Origin: a virus
Length of the DNA: 64,000 bases
Strand: one strand, 5' to 3'
IMG/VR virus record: IMGVR_UViG_3300029134_000184
The translations under genes and the position numbers were made by a program. The notes beneath the pieces were generated by a model. The model was not told the origin of the DNA. It saw only the letters and a list, made by a program, of their open reading frames with translations, and did no database searches. Below are positions 28,504 to 37,959 of the stretch, one piece after another. How positions within the stretch are numbered: position 1 is the stretch's first letter; each line of letters starts with the position of its first letter.

Positions 28504-30285
28504 ATGCAGGAGAGAAAATTTATATCATTGGCAGAAGCAAGACCAGATTTGGCAGCAGAATGGAATCATAAAAAAAACGGAATCTTAAAACCAGAAGATA
28601 TAGCGCATAAAAGTGGTAAGAAAGTATGGTGGATTCAAGATGACAAAAATCCTGTTAATGATAAATTAATAAAATTTGAATGGGAGGATACGGTTATTCA
28701 TAGAAGCGTAGATGGTAGAGGAAATCCTTTCAAATCTGGGCCTAAAATATTAAAAGGGTATAATGATTTACAAACAGTAAATCCAGAACTGGCAAAGCAG
28801 TGGCATCCAACAAAAAATGGAAATTTAAAACCAGCCGATGTAACCGCGTATTCTAGGAAAAAAGTATGGTGGTTATTATCATATGATGATGCAAAAACAG
28901 GAAAACATTTTGATTTTGAATGGAAGGCAGCAATTTATGGTCGTCATGACGGAAATGGTTGTCCGTACTTAAATGGTAGAGCAGTGTGGAAAGGATTTAA
29001 TGACTTACAAACAGTAAATCCTGAGTTTGCAAAATTATGGCATCCTACAAAAAACGGAAATTTAAAGCCAACAGATATAACCATTTGCCCTGGCCAAAAA
29101 ATATGGTTGTTGCTGCCGTACGATGATGAAAAGACAGGAAAGCATTTTGATTTTGAATGGGAAACATCAATTAGTAGCCGTAACATACATAATTATAGAT
29201 GTCCATATTTAAGTGGACAAGCAATATGGCATGGATTTAATGACCTTGAAACAACAAATCCAGAGCTTGCAAAACAATGGCATCCAACTAAAAATGGTGA
29301 TTTAAAGCCAACTGATGTAACTGCCGGTTCTGGCAAAAGAGTATGGTGGTTATTACCATATGACGATATAAAAACAGGAAGACATTTTAATTTTGAATGG
29401 CAGGCCATAATTTGTAATCGTAATAAGAATACAGAAGGGTGCCCATATTTATCTGGCAAAATGATATATCAAGGATTTAATGATTTACAAACAGTAAATC
29501 CAGAGCTGGCAAAGCAATGGCATCCAACAAAAAATGGGAACTTAAAGCCAACAAATGTAATGGCGAATTCAAATAAAATTGTATGGTGGATGTATCAATA
29601 TAACAATTTAGATGGAACTCATTTTAACTTTGAATGGAAAGCTAGTATTAACAGTCGGAATAGAGGTAACGGATGCCCGTATTTAAGTGGTCATGCAGTA
29701 TATAGGGGATTTAACGATTTGCAAACAGTAAATCCAGAGTTAGCGAAGCAATGGCATCCGACTAAAAATGGGAATTTAAAGCCAACAGATGTAACAGCTA
29801 ATTCAGAAAAGAAAGTTTGGTGGTTTTTATCGTACAATGATGAAAAGACTGGAAAGAATTTCAATTTTGAATGGAAGGCTATGATATGTAATCGAAATAA
29901 CGGGAATGGCTGCCCATACTTAATGATATATAAGGGAGAAAAATATGTTCATCAGTATTTAAAGAGTAATAATATAAGTTTTATACAACAACAAAAGTTT
30001 TCTGACCTTATTGGTACTGGGGGTGGTTATTTATCTTACGATTTTTCAATACCGTCAAAAAAATATGGGTTAATATTAATAGAATACAACGGCATCCAGC
30101 ATTACGAATCATCTGAATTTTTCGGCGGAGATGAACAGTTGAAAAAGCAAAAAGAGCATGATAGATTAAAAAAAGAATATGCAAAAAAGCATGGATATAA
30201 ATTAATTATTATTAAATATACATATGATTCTTATGAGAGTATATCTGAATACATGGCAAAAGAATTAAAAAAAATAGAAATATGA
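28504..30285 (+). CDS. repeat protein: eight ~60-aa DUF4379-like (degenerate zinc-ribbon) repeats plus C-terminal Vsr/DUF559-like PD-(D/E)XK endonuclease domain
   Basis: Repeated block LAKQWHPTKNGNLKPxDVTxxSxKKVWWLLxYDDxKTGKHFxFEWxAxIxxRxxGNGCPYL, 8 copies. C-terminus YDFSIPSKKYGLILIEYNGIQHYE..GYKLIIIKY resembles the Vsr-like nuclease core. Confidence 0.55.
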   Translation: MQERKFISLAEARPDLAAEWNHKKNGILKPEDIAHKSGKKVWWIQDDKNPVNDKLIKFEWEDTVIHRSVDGRGNPFKSGPKILKGYNDLQTVNPELAKQWHPTKNGNLKPADVTAYSRKKVWWLLSYDDAKTGKHFDFEWKAAIYGRHDGNGCPYLNGRAVWKGFNDLQTVNPEFAKLWHPTKNGNLKPTDITICPGQKIWLLLPYDDEKTGKHFDFEWETSISSRNIHNYRCPYLSGQAIWHGFNDLETTNPELAKQWHPTKNGDLKPTDVTAGSGKRVWWLLPYDDIKTGRHFNFEWQAIICNRNKNTEGCPYLSGKMIYQGFNDLQTVNPELAKQWHPTKNGNLKPTNVMANSNKIVWWMYQYNNLDGTHFNFEWKASINSRNRGNGCPYLSGHAVYRGFNDLQTVNPELAKQWHPTKNGNLKPTDVTANSEKKVWWFLSYNDEKTGKNFNFEWKAMICNRNNGNGCPYLMIYKGEKYVHQYLKSNNISFIQQQKFSDLIGTGGGYLSYDFSIPSKKYGLILIEYNGIQHYESSEFFGGDEQLKKQKEHDRLKKEYAKKHGYKLIIIKYTYDSYESISEYMAKELKKIEI

Positions 30286-30586
30286 TAAAAAGAAGGAATC
30301 TTAATGGGAATAAGAAAAATATTGGAAAAAGAAATGAGCAAAAGCGGTGGCCGGGCGGAACTGGTGAAGGTTCCGCCGGAAAGAAGGCCGAGCAAGGAAT
30401 CGCTGGACAGGCTGAACCGGGATGTTGAAGGGCTGGTGAGGATGACTGGGAATCAGGTGGGAAAATAAGGGATGTGAGCGAAAAAAGTGAAAAAAGATAT
30501 GGAAGACAAAAACCCGCGCTTGACTAAAGTTCCGAAGTATGCGGCGATTGGTAAACTGTATCACGAGAAAGAAAAGAGGATTGAGG

Positions 30587-30817
30587 ATGATGACATTTAA
30601 TGAATTGTTAGAAGTAACAAAAGACATAGACTTAGAGGCCCTTGGGGTTTCCCTCGGTAAAGCAGCAAATAAATGTGACATGATTAGCTGCTTTGTGGAT
30701 GGAGATGAATGGGTCATGCAAGAAGTAGACGATAGACAGCATGTTTTCGAAAAAAGGGGTAAAGAAGAGGATATTGTTAGAAAGGTATACGGAAATATTA
30801 AACTTAGAATTCGATAG
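30587..30817 (+). CDS. small hypothetical protein in a degraded patch
   Basis: RBS GAGGATTGAGG before ATGATG. No promoter motif. Adjacent fragment 30509..30601 (KLYHEKEKRIEDDD) copies the C-terminus of 32142..32858. Confidence 0.3.
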   Translation: MMTFNELLEVTKDIDLEALGVSLGKAANKCDMISCFVDGDEWVMQEVDDRQHVFEKRGKEEDIVRKVYGNIKLRIR

Positions 30818-31064
30818 CAAAAATAATAATACTATTCCCATATTCTAATATGATTTTATCTAACTTTAGTGCAGAAAACCCCATCCGACGAAGTAACAAT
30901 ACTCCTTGTTACGTAGTCGGGTGTGGATGTTCAAGTTTAGCCGACGTCTAGGTCCAATAGCCGGAGGCTTCTTTTTTTTCTAAAACTTTCTGAATTCCAG
31001 TAGAAAAAATTTCCCGCATATTAAGTGTATCTAACAATACATGTCCAAGAAAGGAAGAAAAAAT

Positions 31065-31241
31065 ATGCAGAACAATACATTTGAATCTCGCCGCCGCCTT
31101 GAGAAAATGCCGTTTGATAAACGCTTTGATGTTGACGGAAACTCTGAACTCTGCCACGCAACCGGATATGAGGTGTTTGATGGTGAGGACTGGTGGGATG
31201 AGTTCGTGGATTCTAACGGAGATTTCCAGTATGGAAGATAA
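31065..31241 (+). CDS. small hypothetical protein
   Basis: Phage promoter motif at ~31020. RBS AAAGGAAG. Start position uncertain by +/-1. Confidence 0.4.
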   Translation: MQNNTFESRRRLEKMPFDKRFDVDGNSELCHATGYEVFDGEDWWDEFVDSNGDFQYGR

Positions 31242-31294
31242 CTCCGGGAAGCAATTTTGCCTGTAGAAATTCTGCAGGCAAAATTTAAGCAGGG

Positions 31295-31323
31295 CTTGAT
31301 TTTTTCGCTCTGCTGATGTATAC
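31295..31323 (+). promoter_or_regulatory. sigma70-type promoter (TTGATT-17-TATACT) for a short + strand RNA
   Basis: Canonical hexamers with 17-nt spacer. No ORF downstream (ATG TAA only). Confidence 0.5.
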
Positions 31324-31329
31324 TATATT

Positions 31330-31421
31330 AAAAGGAAGCCGAGTAAACGGTTTATCCCAATATTACTATAATGTAATTTTATTTTTTCCGTCGTCTATTG
31401 GCCGTAGTCGACGGTTTTTTC
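31330..31421 (+). ncRNA. ~90-nt sRNA, antisense to the 3' end of the - strand peptide gene (candidate type I antitoxin)
   Basis: Transcript predicted from promoter 31295..31323 to terminator CCGTCGTCTATTGGCCGTAGTCGACGG+TTTTTT (31389..31421). Overlaps codons ~37-49 of the opposite-strand ORF. Confidence 0.4.
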
Positions 31422-31528
31422 TTATGCTTACGCTTCTTCTTGCGGTTCTTCTTATTTGTGCGCCAAAGAAATTCTAAACATTGGAGCTCGATAAGGAACA
31501 ATGCAATAATGAATGATGCTTCAGACAT
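31382..31528 (-). CDS. 49-aa hydrophobic/polybasic peptide (type I toxin-like)
   Basis: Hand-translated MSEASFIIALFLIELQCLEFLWRTNKKNRKKKRKHKKKPSTTANRRRKK. Excellent RBS GGGAGGTGATATTATG. Not in the ORF track because <60 aa. Confidence 0.5.
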
Positions 31529-31636
31529 AATATCACCTCCCTTGTATAAAATTCAGGAGAGTGACCTCCCCCGTAAGCAAGGTTAACTGCTACAAGAGAG
31601 ATAAACCGTCTACCGCAATTCGGCTTCCTGATAAAT

Positions 31637-31665
31637 ATTATACCAAATACTGAAAGATAACGCAA
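31637..31665 (-). promoter_or_regulatory. sigma70-type promoter (TTGCGT-17-TGnTATAAT) for the - strand peptide gene
   Basis: On the - strand: TTGCGTTATCTTTCAGTATTTGGTATAAT, i.e. an extended -10. Confidence 0.5.
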
Positions 31666-31782
31666 ACAAAAATCTACACAATACCGCCTGCTTAAATTTT
31701 GCAGGCAATTTTTTTTGCAAAAAAATAATCTGCCAGTCAAAAAATCCGGCATATTAAATATAAAGAAAAAGGAGGCAAAAAA

Positions 31783-32142
31783 ATGCCTGAAAAAATATTA
31801 ACAATCGATAATTCAACATTTTTTGTAACCTGCCGCATCGGCGAAGAGCTGCAGGATGTACAGAGTATTCAGTGGTTCTTGGCTGGAGATAATCAGAGAC
31901 TTCTTGCAGACCAGACCTGCCAGTCTGTAATCCTGGATGCCGCCTGGATTGCCAAACAGGCAGAAGGAAAATGGCTTGGCTGCCGGTATATTCTGGACGG
32001 AATAAAATACGAAAAAATGCTGTGTTTCCTGTCCGGTGACCTGATGACACTGCTGAAACGGAATTCTTTCGACCGTATTGATGTATGTGATACATATGGA
32101 AATACAAAAGATGTATACACAAAAAAAAGGAGTGAAAAATAA
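31783..32142 (+). CDS. hypothetical protein
   Basis: Phage promoter GCATATTAAATATAAAG at ~31747. RBS AAAGGAGG. Confidence 0.5.
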   Translation: MPEKILTIDNSTFFVTCRIGEELQDVQSIQWFLAGDNQRLLADQTCQSVILDAAWIAKQAEGKWLGCRYILDGIKYEKMLCFLSGDLMTLLKRNSFDRIDVCDTYGNTKDVYTKKRSEK

Positions 32143-32858
32143 TGCAGAAAAATAGATATAAGACAAGACATAAAGCGGCGCGCCATTCAGCAAAGCAGCG
32201 CCGTAACAAAAAGATGCTGGAAGACGTCAGCCTGCTGAATGTATGGCGTGGGAATGGCTTTGCGATGTGTGGTTTTGGTGAGAAGTCAAAAACGCTTGCA
32301 AAAATAAAACACGCGATGAGATGCATGAAGTGGTCAAGGCAGCGTGCGACACGAGGCTTTGCAGACTGCGATGTCTGGAATATGTATGGATATCTTGAAG
32401 AACTGATGCCGGCGATGCTGCAGTATTTGAAAGATAACCGGGTGGGAAGCCCGGCAATGCTCGGGGAAAATTATACTGACGAAAACGGGTTCATGCAGAA
32501 TGATACCTGTCATAAAGAATGGGATAAAATCCTTGACCGGATGATTTTTCTCTGGGGAGAATTGGATGAAGAAAAATGTACAAAAAAGAATCCTTACGAC
32601 GAAGCTTATACAAAGGCGATGAAAGAGTTTACGGAAAAGTACGGCTTTTTCGGGGAGAAGCTTGAGACAGAAGAGGAAAAAGAAAAAAGAAAAAAATCCG
32701 GCGGACGCTTGGTGCATTTCATGAGCGAGATTCCGGAGTATGCGACGATTGATAAGCTGTATCACGATGAGGAAAAGAGGATTGATGAATATAGAGAGAA
32801 GTGCAAGGACGAGGTATTTGATTTAATGAAGAAGTATTTCTTCTCGTTGTGGGATTGA
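32142..32858 (+). CDS. hypothetical protein
   Basis: ORF start overlaps the previous stop (ATAATG). Basic N-terminus. Confidence 0.5.
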   Translation: MQKNRYKTRHKAARHSAKQRRNKKMLEDVSLLNVWRGNGFAMCGFGEKSKTLAKIKHAMRCMKWSRQRATRGFADCDVWNMYGYLEELMPAMLQYLKDNRVGSPAMLGENYTDENGFMQNDTCHKEWDKILDRMIFLWGELDEEKCTKKNPYDEAYTKAMKEFTEKYGFFGEKLETEEEKEKRKKSGGRLVHFMSEIPEYATIDKLYHDEEKRIDEYREKCKDEVFDLMKKYFFSLWD

Positions 32859-32973
32859 GGGGGATTTTTGATTTGATTAGAGACATGCGCTGCCGAAAGG
32901 CAGCGCATGCTTTTTGTAAAAATAGAAAGCCTGCATATTACAAATATATGATAAAAAAGAAAGGAGAAAAGAA

Positions 32974-33192
32974 ATGGTAAAATACATTCTAATGCCGGAA
33001 ACAACTATCCAGAAAATAAGAAAAGGAGATAAATTTTTCGTGAATGGAGAGTTTAATCCGAATGCGGCCAGACTTATAACTGCAGCACATGACGCATACT
33101 TTTGGGTTGATGACGGCAATATGCCACATTGGACTGTGGATGCGGAAGAAGGCGGATGTTATGGATATGGAGAAATCTGCCAGCAGGTTTAA
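32974..33192 (+). CDS. small hypothetical protein
   Basis: Phage promoter at ~32933. RBS AAAGGAGA. Confidence 0.45.
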   Translation: MVKYILMPETTIQKIRKGDKFFVNGEFNPNAARLITAAHDAYFWVDDGNMPHWTVDAEEGGCYGYGEICQQV

Positions 33193-33291
33193 GTTTTTCT
33201 ATACAGCCAGAAATTTTGGCTGTATTTTTTTTTGTGCTTATAAACAATTCGGCATATTGCATTTAAATAAAGAAAGAAAGGAAGATGTAAT

Positions 33292-34017
33292 ATGGCATAT
33301 TTGTACCACGTAACAACAGAAGAAAATGCGAAAAGTATACTTAAAAATGGCCTAATTCCGAAAATCGGAGAGAGAAGCCAGCTTGTCGGCGAAACAGAAA
33401 AATACGTGTACCTTTGCGGAAGGAAAGATGTTCCATTCTGGTCTCTGATTCTGGATAAGCCGGTTGTTTTGCGGGTGGAAATGAAAGACGGAGAAGTTAA
33501 TGAGAATAATGTATACCAATACAGCTATTATTCGGAAACTTTGGCAGAAACTGCAATCCCTGCTGAAAGGATACGAAAAAGCCGGGTCTCAAGAAGCCTG
33601 ACTGATGAGCAGATGAAAGACTTGGCACTATCATATGTAGATATGATTTCGCTTATATGTGTTAAGTTTGCGGAATACATCACATATATTGACGATGAGC
33701 CGGAAGAAGGGGCGGCGGAAGACAGACAGGCGATAGAGCTGACGATTGAAGCGTTGAAGTTCACGCTGCCGCATTTAAATTTCTCCGGCGTAAACGCAAA
33801 AATGCTGCGTGACCATCTGCACGAAAGAGGAGATGGCGGGTGCACCTTGTGTGACAGGTATGAACCAAACTGGAAGGAAGGAGAAAAATATATCAGATTG
33901 TATGACCTTTTGAACAGTCATCCTCTGGCGACAGACAATACAAAATGGCTGTATAAATGGCTGAAAAAGACTTTTCCGAGACGCCTTCGTGTTAATACGG
34001 GCGGCTGGACGGGCTGA
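33292..34017 (+). CDS. ADP-ribosyltransferase-fold protein, Tpt1/KptA- or DarT-like N-terminal domain (putative), paralogue A
   Basis: N-terminus LYHVTTEENAKSILKNGLIPKIGERS..YVYLCGRKD parallels the Tpt1 LYHGTxxxxLxxILxxGLxxxxRxxVHLS block. Confidence 0.35.
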   Translation: MAYLYHVTTEENAKSILKNGLIPKIGERSQLVGETEKYVYLCGRKDVPFWSLILDKPVVLRVEMKDGEVNENNVYQYSYYSETLAETAIPAERIRKSRVSRSLTDEQMKDLALSYVDMISLICVKFAEYITYIDDEPEEGAAEDRQAIELTIEALKFTLPHLNFSGVNAKMLRDHLHERGDGGCTLCDRYEPNWKEGEKYIRLYDLLNSHPLATDNTKWLYKWLKKTFPRRLRVNTGGWTG

Positions 34018-34124
34018 AATTGTGCACTGCTGAGAAGCAGTGCTTTTTTTTTGCGTAAGCGGTGAATTCAGCATATTAAATACGACAAAGAAAACAATAG
34101 TTTCACAAAGAAAGGAAGAAAAAC

Positions 34125-34847
34125 ATGAAAACAATATTATATCATGTAACAAAAGCAAATCTTGTTGATTCAATTTTCAAAAATGGCTTAGTTCCATTTG
34201 TCGGGCCAAGAAGTTATGTTTCAGGAGAGCAAGAAGCTCATATTTACTTATGCGATAAAGAAAGCGTTCCAATGTGGAAAGCTCTTCTTAACGCCGATAC
34301 TGTTCTCAGAATTGTAATAGATGACAGTATCTTAAGAAATGACAAGATATGCCATTTCTGTCAATATACGGGCTATTCTGAATATTTCTTAATTAAGCCA
34401 ATTGCTCCAAAGAATATTTGCATCAGCCGCGAAGAATTCGTGTTATCCGAAGAAGAAAAGCATCTGATAATGATATCTAAAATTAACGAAATTACAGAAC
34501 TTTGCAACGCTTATTTACACGTGATAGTTTTGCCGAATTCAAAAAGTACAGAATCAAAGTTACGTTTTTTAAGCAATGTTAATTTAACTGCGGAAATGAT
34601 AAAAGAAACAATTGAGAAATTTGATTATAGTGAATTGCCAATAGATTATATTTTGGACTACATATCTTCTGGCGAACAGACATTGTTTACGATGGTGCAA
34701 GCAACGCCGAAAACTCAATTAATGCTTTATGAATTACTTAAAACATATCCAACCAAAGACCCGAATGTGTTATGGCTGTATCATTGGGTTGATGAAGTCT
34801 TTGCACAAAGGATATATGATTACGCCAAACAAAATGGATTTGCATGA
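34125..34847 (+). CDS. ADP-ribosyltransferase-fold protein (putative), paralogue B
   Basis: ILYHVTKANLVDSIFKNGLVPFVGPRS..HIYLCDKES. Same layout and length as 33292..34017. Confidence 0.35.
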   Translation: MKTILYHVTKANLVDSIFKNGLVPFVGPRSYVSGEQEAHIYLCDKESVPMWKALLNADTVLRIVIDDSILRNDKICHFCQYTGYSEYFLIKPIAPKNICISREEFVLSEEEKHLIMISKINEITELCNAYLHVIVLPNSKSTESKLRFLSNVNLTAEMIKETIEKFDYSELPIDYILDYISSGEQTLFTMVQATPKTQLMLYELLKTYPTKDPNVLWLYHWVDEVFAQRIYDYAKQNGFA

Positions 34848-34996
34848 TACCACTGCCCGGAAATTTTTCCGGGCTTTTTTTCGTCCATCTCCCCACACTT
34901 AATTTTTTTTCGCAAAAATATACCCTTTCTCAAAAAATTTTGCATATTAAATGTAAATACAAAAAAGAATACAGGAATTCAAAAAAGGAGATAAAA

Positions 34997-35434
34997 ATGC
35001 GTAAAAAAATATTATTACTGACACTTACATTATCCGCAGTAGTGATGACATCCGGCTGCGGCTGCGGTAAGCCAAAAACAGTTGAGGAGGATATCGTAGC
35101 TGAAAGCGAGAAAAAAGATACAGTTGATATAACGGCTGACCCAACCGATTCGCCGACACCGACAATTAAGACGGAGGATGACTTTACGGAAGAGGATTTC
35201 AAAAACACGGAATATGTCACCATAGATAACGTAAACGTGAGGGCAAACCCGGATGCAAATTCTGACATCATCAGCAGCATGGAAAAAGGGTCACGGGTTA
35301 AGGTATCCGGACGAAAAGAGGATAAAGAAGGCAATAAATGGTACAAAGTATCTGCTGATGATTCGGGCACGATTGGATACATGTCGACGAAATATGTTAA
35401 CATTGTCCATAAGAAAGGAGATACAGCAAAATGA
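34997..35434 (+). CDS. lipoprotein with SH3b-like domain
   Basis: Signal/lipobox LSAVVMTSGCGCG. C-terminal VNVRANPDANSDIISSMEKGSRVKVSG..WYKV resembles the bacterial SH3. Confidence 0.55.
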   Translation: MRKKILLLTLTLSAVVMTSGCGCGKPKTVEEDIVAESEKKDTVDITADPTDSPTPTIKTEDDFTEEDFKNTEYVTIDNVNVRANPDANSDIISSMEKGSRVKVSGRKEDKEGNKWYKVSADDSGTIGYMSTKYVNIVHKKGDTAK

Positions 35435-37203
35435 GAAAAGGCAAAGACCCAAACAAGAAGCCACCGACAAAAAGACAGAAGATTATCTGGACTTCATTCA
35501 TCGTAATCTGTGTTTTGATGATAGCGGTAATGATATGCGGAGTTTTCGGGCTTAAGAAAGCAAAGCTATTTAAAGATAGTGCCAAGGAAGTTAAATATGA
35601 AAAATTCCTTGAAATGATTGATGACAAAAAAGTCAAAGACATCAAATGGTCAGAGGATGAAGAGACCATCACTTTCAGCGACAAGAAAGATAAGTCTTAT
35701 ACAACAGCCAATCCGAAATATGAAGACTTTAAAAAAGATATGCTTGAGAAAGGCATTGAAGTGAAAGAGACAAATGGCCTTGGAAAATACGAAACACCGA
35801 TTATGATGGGCGTGCAGATGCTGATGTATATCATTCTCTTCGCGATTATGATTAAATGTACCGGCATGGGCTCATTAATCTCCCCGAAAGAGGCAAAAGA
35901 AGCAGAAAGTAATGTCAAGTTTAAAGATGTTGCCGGTCTGGAAGAGGTCAAGGAAGACCTGATGACAGTAGTTGATTTCTTAAAGAATCCTGATAAATAT
36001 AAAGAAGCCGGAGCTGAGATTCCGAAAGGTATTCTCCTTTATGGCCCTCCAGGCACTGGAAAAACACTCCTCGCAAAGGCTGTTGCCGGTGAGGCTGGTG
36101 TAAAATTCAAAGCCGTTTCCGGTTCTGACTTTGATGAAAAATATGTAGGCGTTGGAGCCAGCAAGATGAGAAAGCTTTTTGATGACGCAAAATCAAATGC
36201 GCCATGCATCATTTTCATTGACGAGATTGATTCAATGGGAGGAAAGAGACATTCAAAACAGAGCAATTATGACAGACAGACATTAAATACACTGTTATCT
36301 GAAATGGATGGCTTTGATGGAAGTAATGGCGTAGTTGTTATCGCTGCAACAAACAGACTTGAAGACCTTGATTCAGCACTTACCAGACCGGGAAGATTTG
36401 ACAGCCATTTTGCAGTAAGTCTGCCGGCGACAGCAAAAGAGAGAAAGCTTATCATCAACCTGTATGCAGAAAACAAGAAATTTGCAGAAGACGTTGATAT
36501 GGAAGCGTTTGCAAAAGAAACTATTGGAAACAGCCCGGCATCAATCAAGACTACATTAAACGAAGCGGCAATCATTGCAGCGAGAAGAAATAATGGTATT
36601 ATCAACCGTGAAATCCTTGATGAAGCATGGATGAAACAGCTGATGGAAGGACACTTAAAGAAGAATGCCGATAAAGACAATATTGAACTTGTCGCATGGC
36701 ATGAAGCAGGACACGCCCTGGCTGGTCTCCTGATGGGACAGGATTTAACAAAGGCTTCAATCATTCCGTCAACTTCCGGAGCAGGTGGAGCTACATTTAT
36801 CACCCCGAAGAAGCTTGGCCTGTTTACCGTTGATGATTTGAGAGAGCAGGTGGTTATGCTGTATGCCGGAAGAAATGCTGAACGGCTTTTTGCAGCAGAG
36901 AACAATATGACAGAAAACGGCGTCACAACAGGAGCTTCAAATGACATTGAGAAAGCGACAGGTATCATCAAAAAGATGATTACCGAATACGGAATGAGTA
37001 AAAAATTCGGTCTGCTTAACCTTGAAGAGCTTGATGTAAAACCTGATGTGATTACCGAAGAGGCAGTTAAGCTTGCTGAAGAATTAAATGAAGAATCTTT
37101 CAACCTAATGAAGGACAATGCAGACAAGCTTAAAAAGATTGCTGAAAAACTCGTAGAAAAAGAAACTTTAACAGGAAAGGAGATAAAGGAGATTGCAGGA
37201 TAA
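35431..37203 (+). CDS. ftsH: FtsH-like membrane-anchored AAA+ zinc metalloprotease
   Basis: N-terminal TM. Walker [31 protein letters not shown], zinc site HEAGHAL. Confidence 0.85.
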   Translation: MRKGKDPNKKPPTKRQKIIWTSFIVICVLMIAVMICGVFGLKKAKLFKDSAKEVKYEKFLEMIDDKKVKDIKWSEDEETITFSDKKDKSYTTANPKYEDFKKDMLEKGIEVKETNGLGKYETPIMMGVQMLMYIILFAIMIKCTGMGSLISPKEAKEAESNVKFKDVAGLEEVKEDLMTVVDFLKNPDKYKEAGAEIPKGILLYGPPGTGKTLLAKAVAGEAGVKFKAVSGSDFDEKYVGVGASKMRKLFDDAKSNAPCIIFIDEIDSMGGKRHSKQSNYDRQTLNTLLSEMDGFDGSNGVVVIAATNRLEDLDSALTRPGRFDSHFAVSLPATAKERKLIINLYAENKKFAEDVDMEAFAKETIGNSPASIKTTLNEAAIIAARRNNGIINREILDEAWMKQLMEGHLKKNADKDNIELVAWHEAGHALAGLLMGQDLTKASIIPSTSGAGGATFITPKKLGLFTVDDLREQVVMLYAGRNAERLFAAENNMTENGVTTGASNDIEKATGIIKKMITEYGMSKKFGLLNLEELDVKPDVITEEAVKLAEELNEESFNLMKDNADKLKKIAEKLVEKETLTGKEIKEIAG

Positions 37204-37819
37204 TAGTTTTATTACAAAAATGACCGGCCGCGGCGAGCTGCCAATCGGCAAGATGCCCGGCTTTGAGCCGCCGGATGATGAAACGCATGAAATCATCCTG
37301 GAAAGGTTTAAAAAACAGATGAGAAAAGAAACAGTGTCCACTGTATTCTGGACTATCATGAGCCTGTTTTTTATAATTACTTATATCGTTATGTATTTCA
37401 GAATGGACGCAAAAGCAGACGCAAAAAAGGGTATCCTGGTGGCGCTGGCAGCTTTCGTTGTGATTGCTGTAGTTACTATTTACAAATATGTGTTTATTGA
37501 CAAAAAAGCTGATGCGATTGTTAATGAAAAGAAGTATAAGGTGGCACCGGCAATGATACACCACATAATGCCGGGATTCGGAACAAGGCTTGGGAAGCTG
37601 ACCGTCAAGATATGCGATGCAGGCGACGACAATGTCGGGAATGTTTACAATTATGAATTCGTTATAAATAAGAAAGTTTCAAAAGCATACAGAAAAAATA
37701 AAGATATTATTCTAACAGTTATTGAGATTGATAAGCAGAATGAATTGTACAACCTGACATACATAGACGAGGCTGACAAGGATGATAAAGATACAGCTGA
37801 AGAAGATATGGAGAAATGA
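37193..37819 (+). CDS. hypothetical membrane protein
   Basis: Two TM helices. Overlaps the ftsH stop. Confidence 0.45.
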   Translation: MQDNSFITKMTGRGELPIGKMPGFEPPDDETHEIILERFKKQMRKETVSTVFWTIMSLFFIITYIVMYFRMDAKADAKKGILVALAAFVVIAVVTIYKYVFIDKKADAIVNEKKYKVAPAMIHHIMPGFGTRLGKLTVKICDAGDDNVGNVYNYEFVINKKVSKAYRKNKDIILTVIEIDKQNELYNLTYIDEADKDDKDTAEEDMEK

Positions 37820-37921
37820 GACATGGAAAAGCGCGATAAGAAATATCGCGCTTTTCTTATTTTTTTGCGAAAAAACTTTGTAAAAATAGTTTAAAATCCG
37901 AACAAAAAAAATATTTTTTCT

Positions 37922-37937
37922 GCATATTGTATATGTA
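37922..37937 (+). promoter_or_regulatory. element-specific promoter motif GCATATTGTATATGTA preceded by TTTGCGAAAAAA upstream element
   Basis: Consensus. Upstream TTTTTTTGCGAAAAAACTTTG... Confidence 0.45.
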
Positions 37938-37959
37938 CAATTTGAAAGGAGGTGTTGTT

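Noticed and set aside
31041-31070. Exact start of the small gene near 31065
   Set aside because: My manual indexing and the ORF track disagree by 1 nt around a T-run. I kept the track frame and flag +/-1-2 nt uncertainty rather than calling a frameshift.
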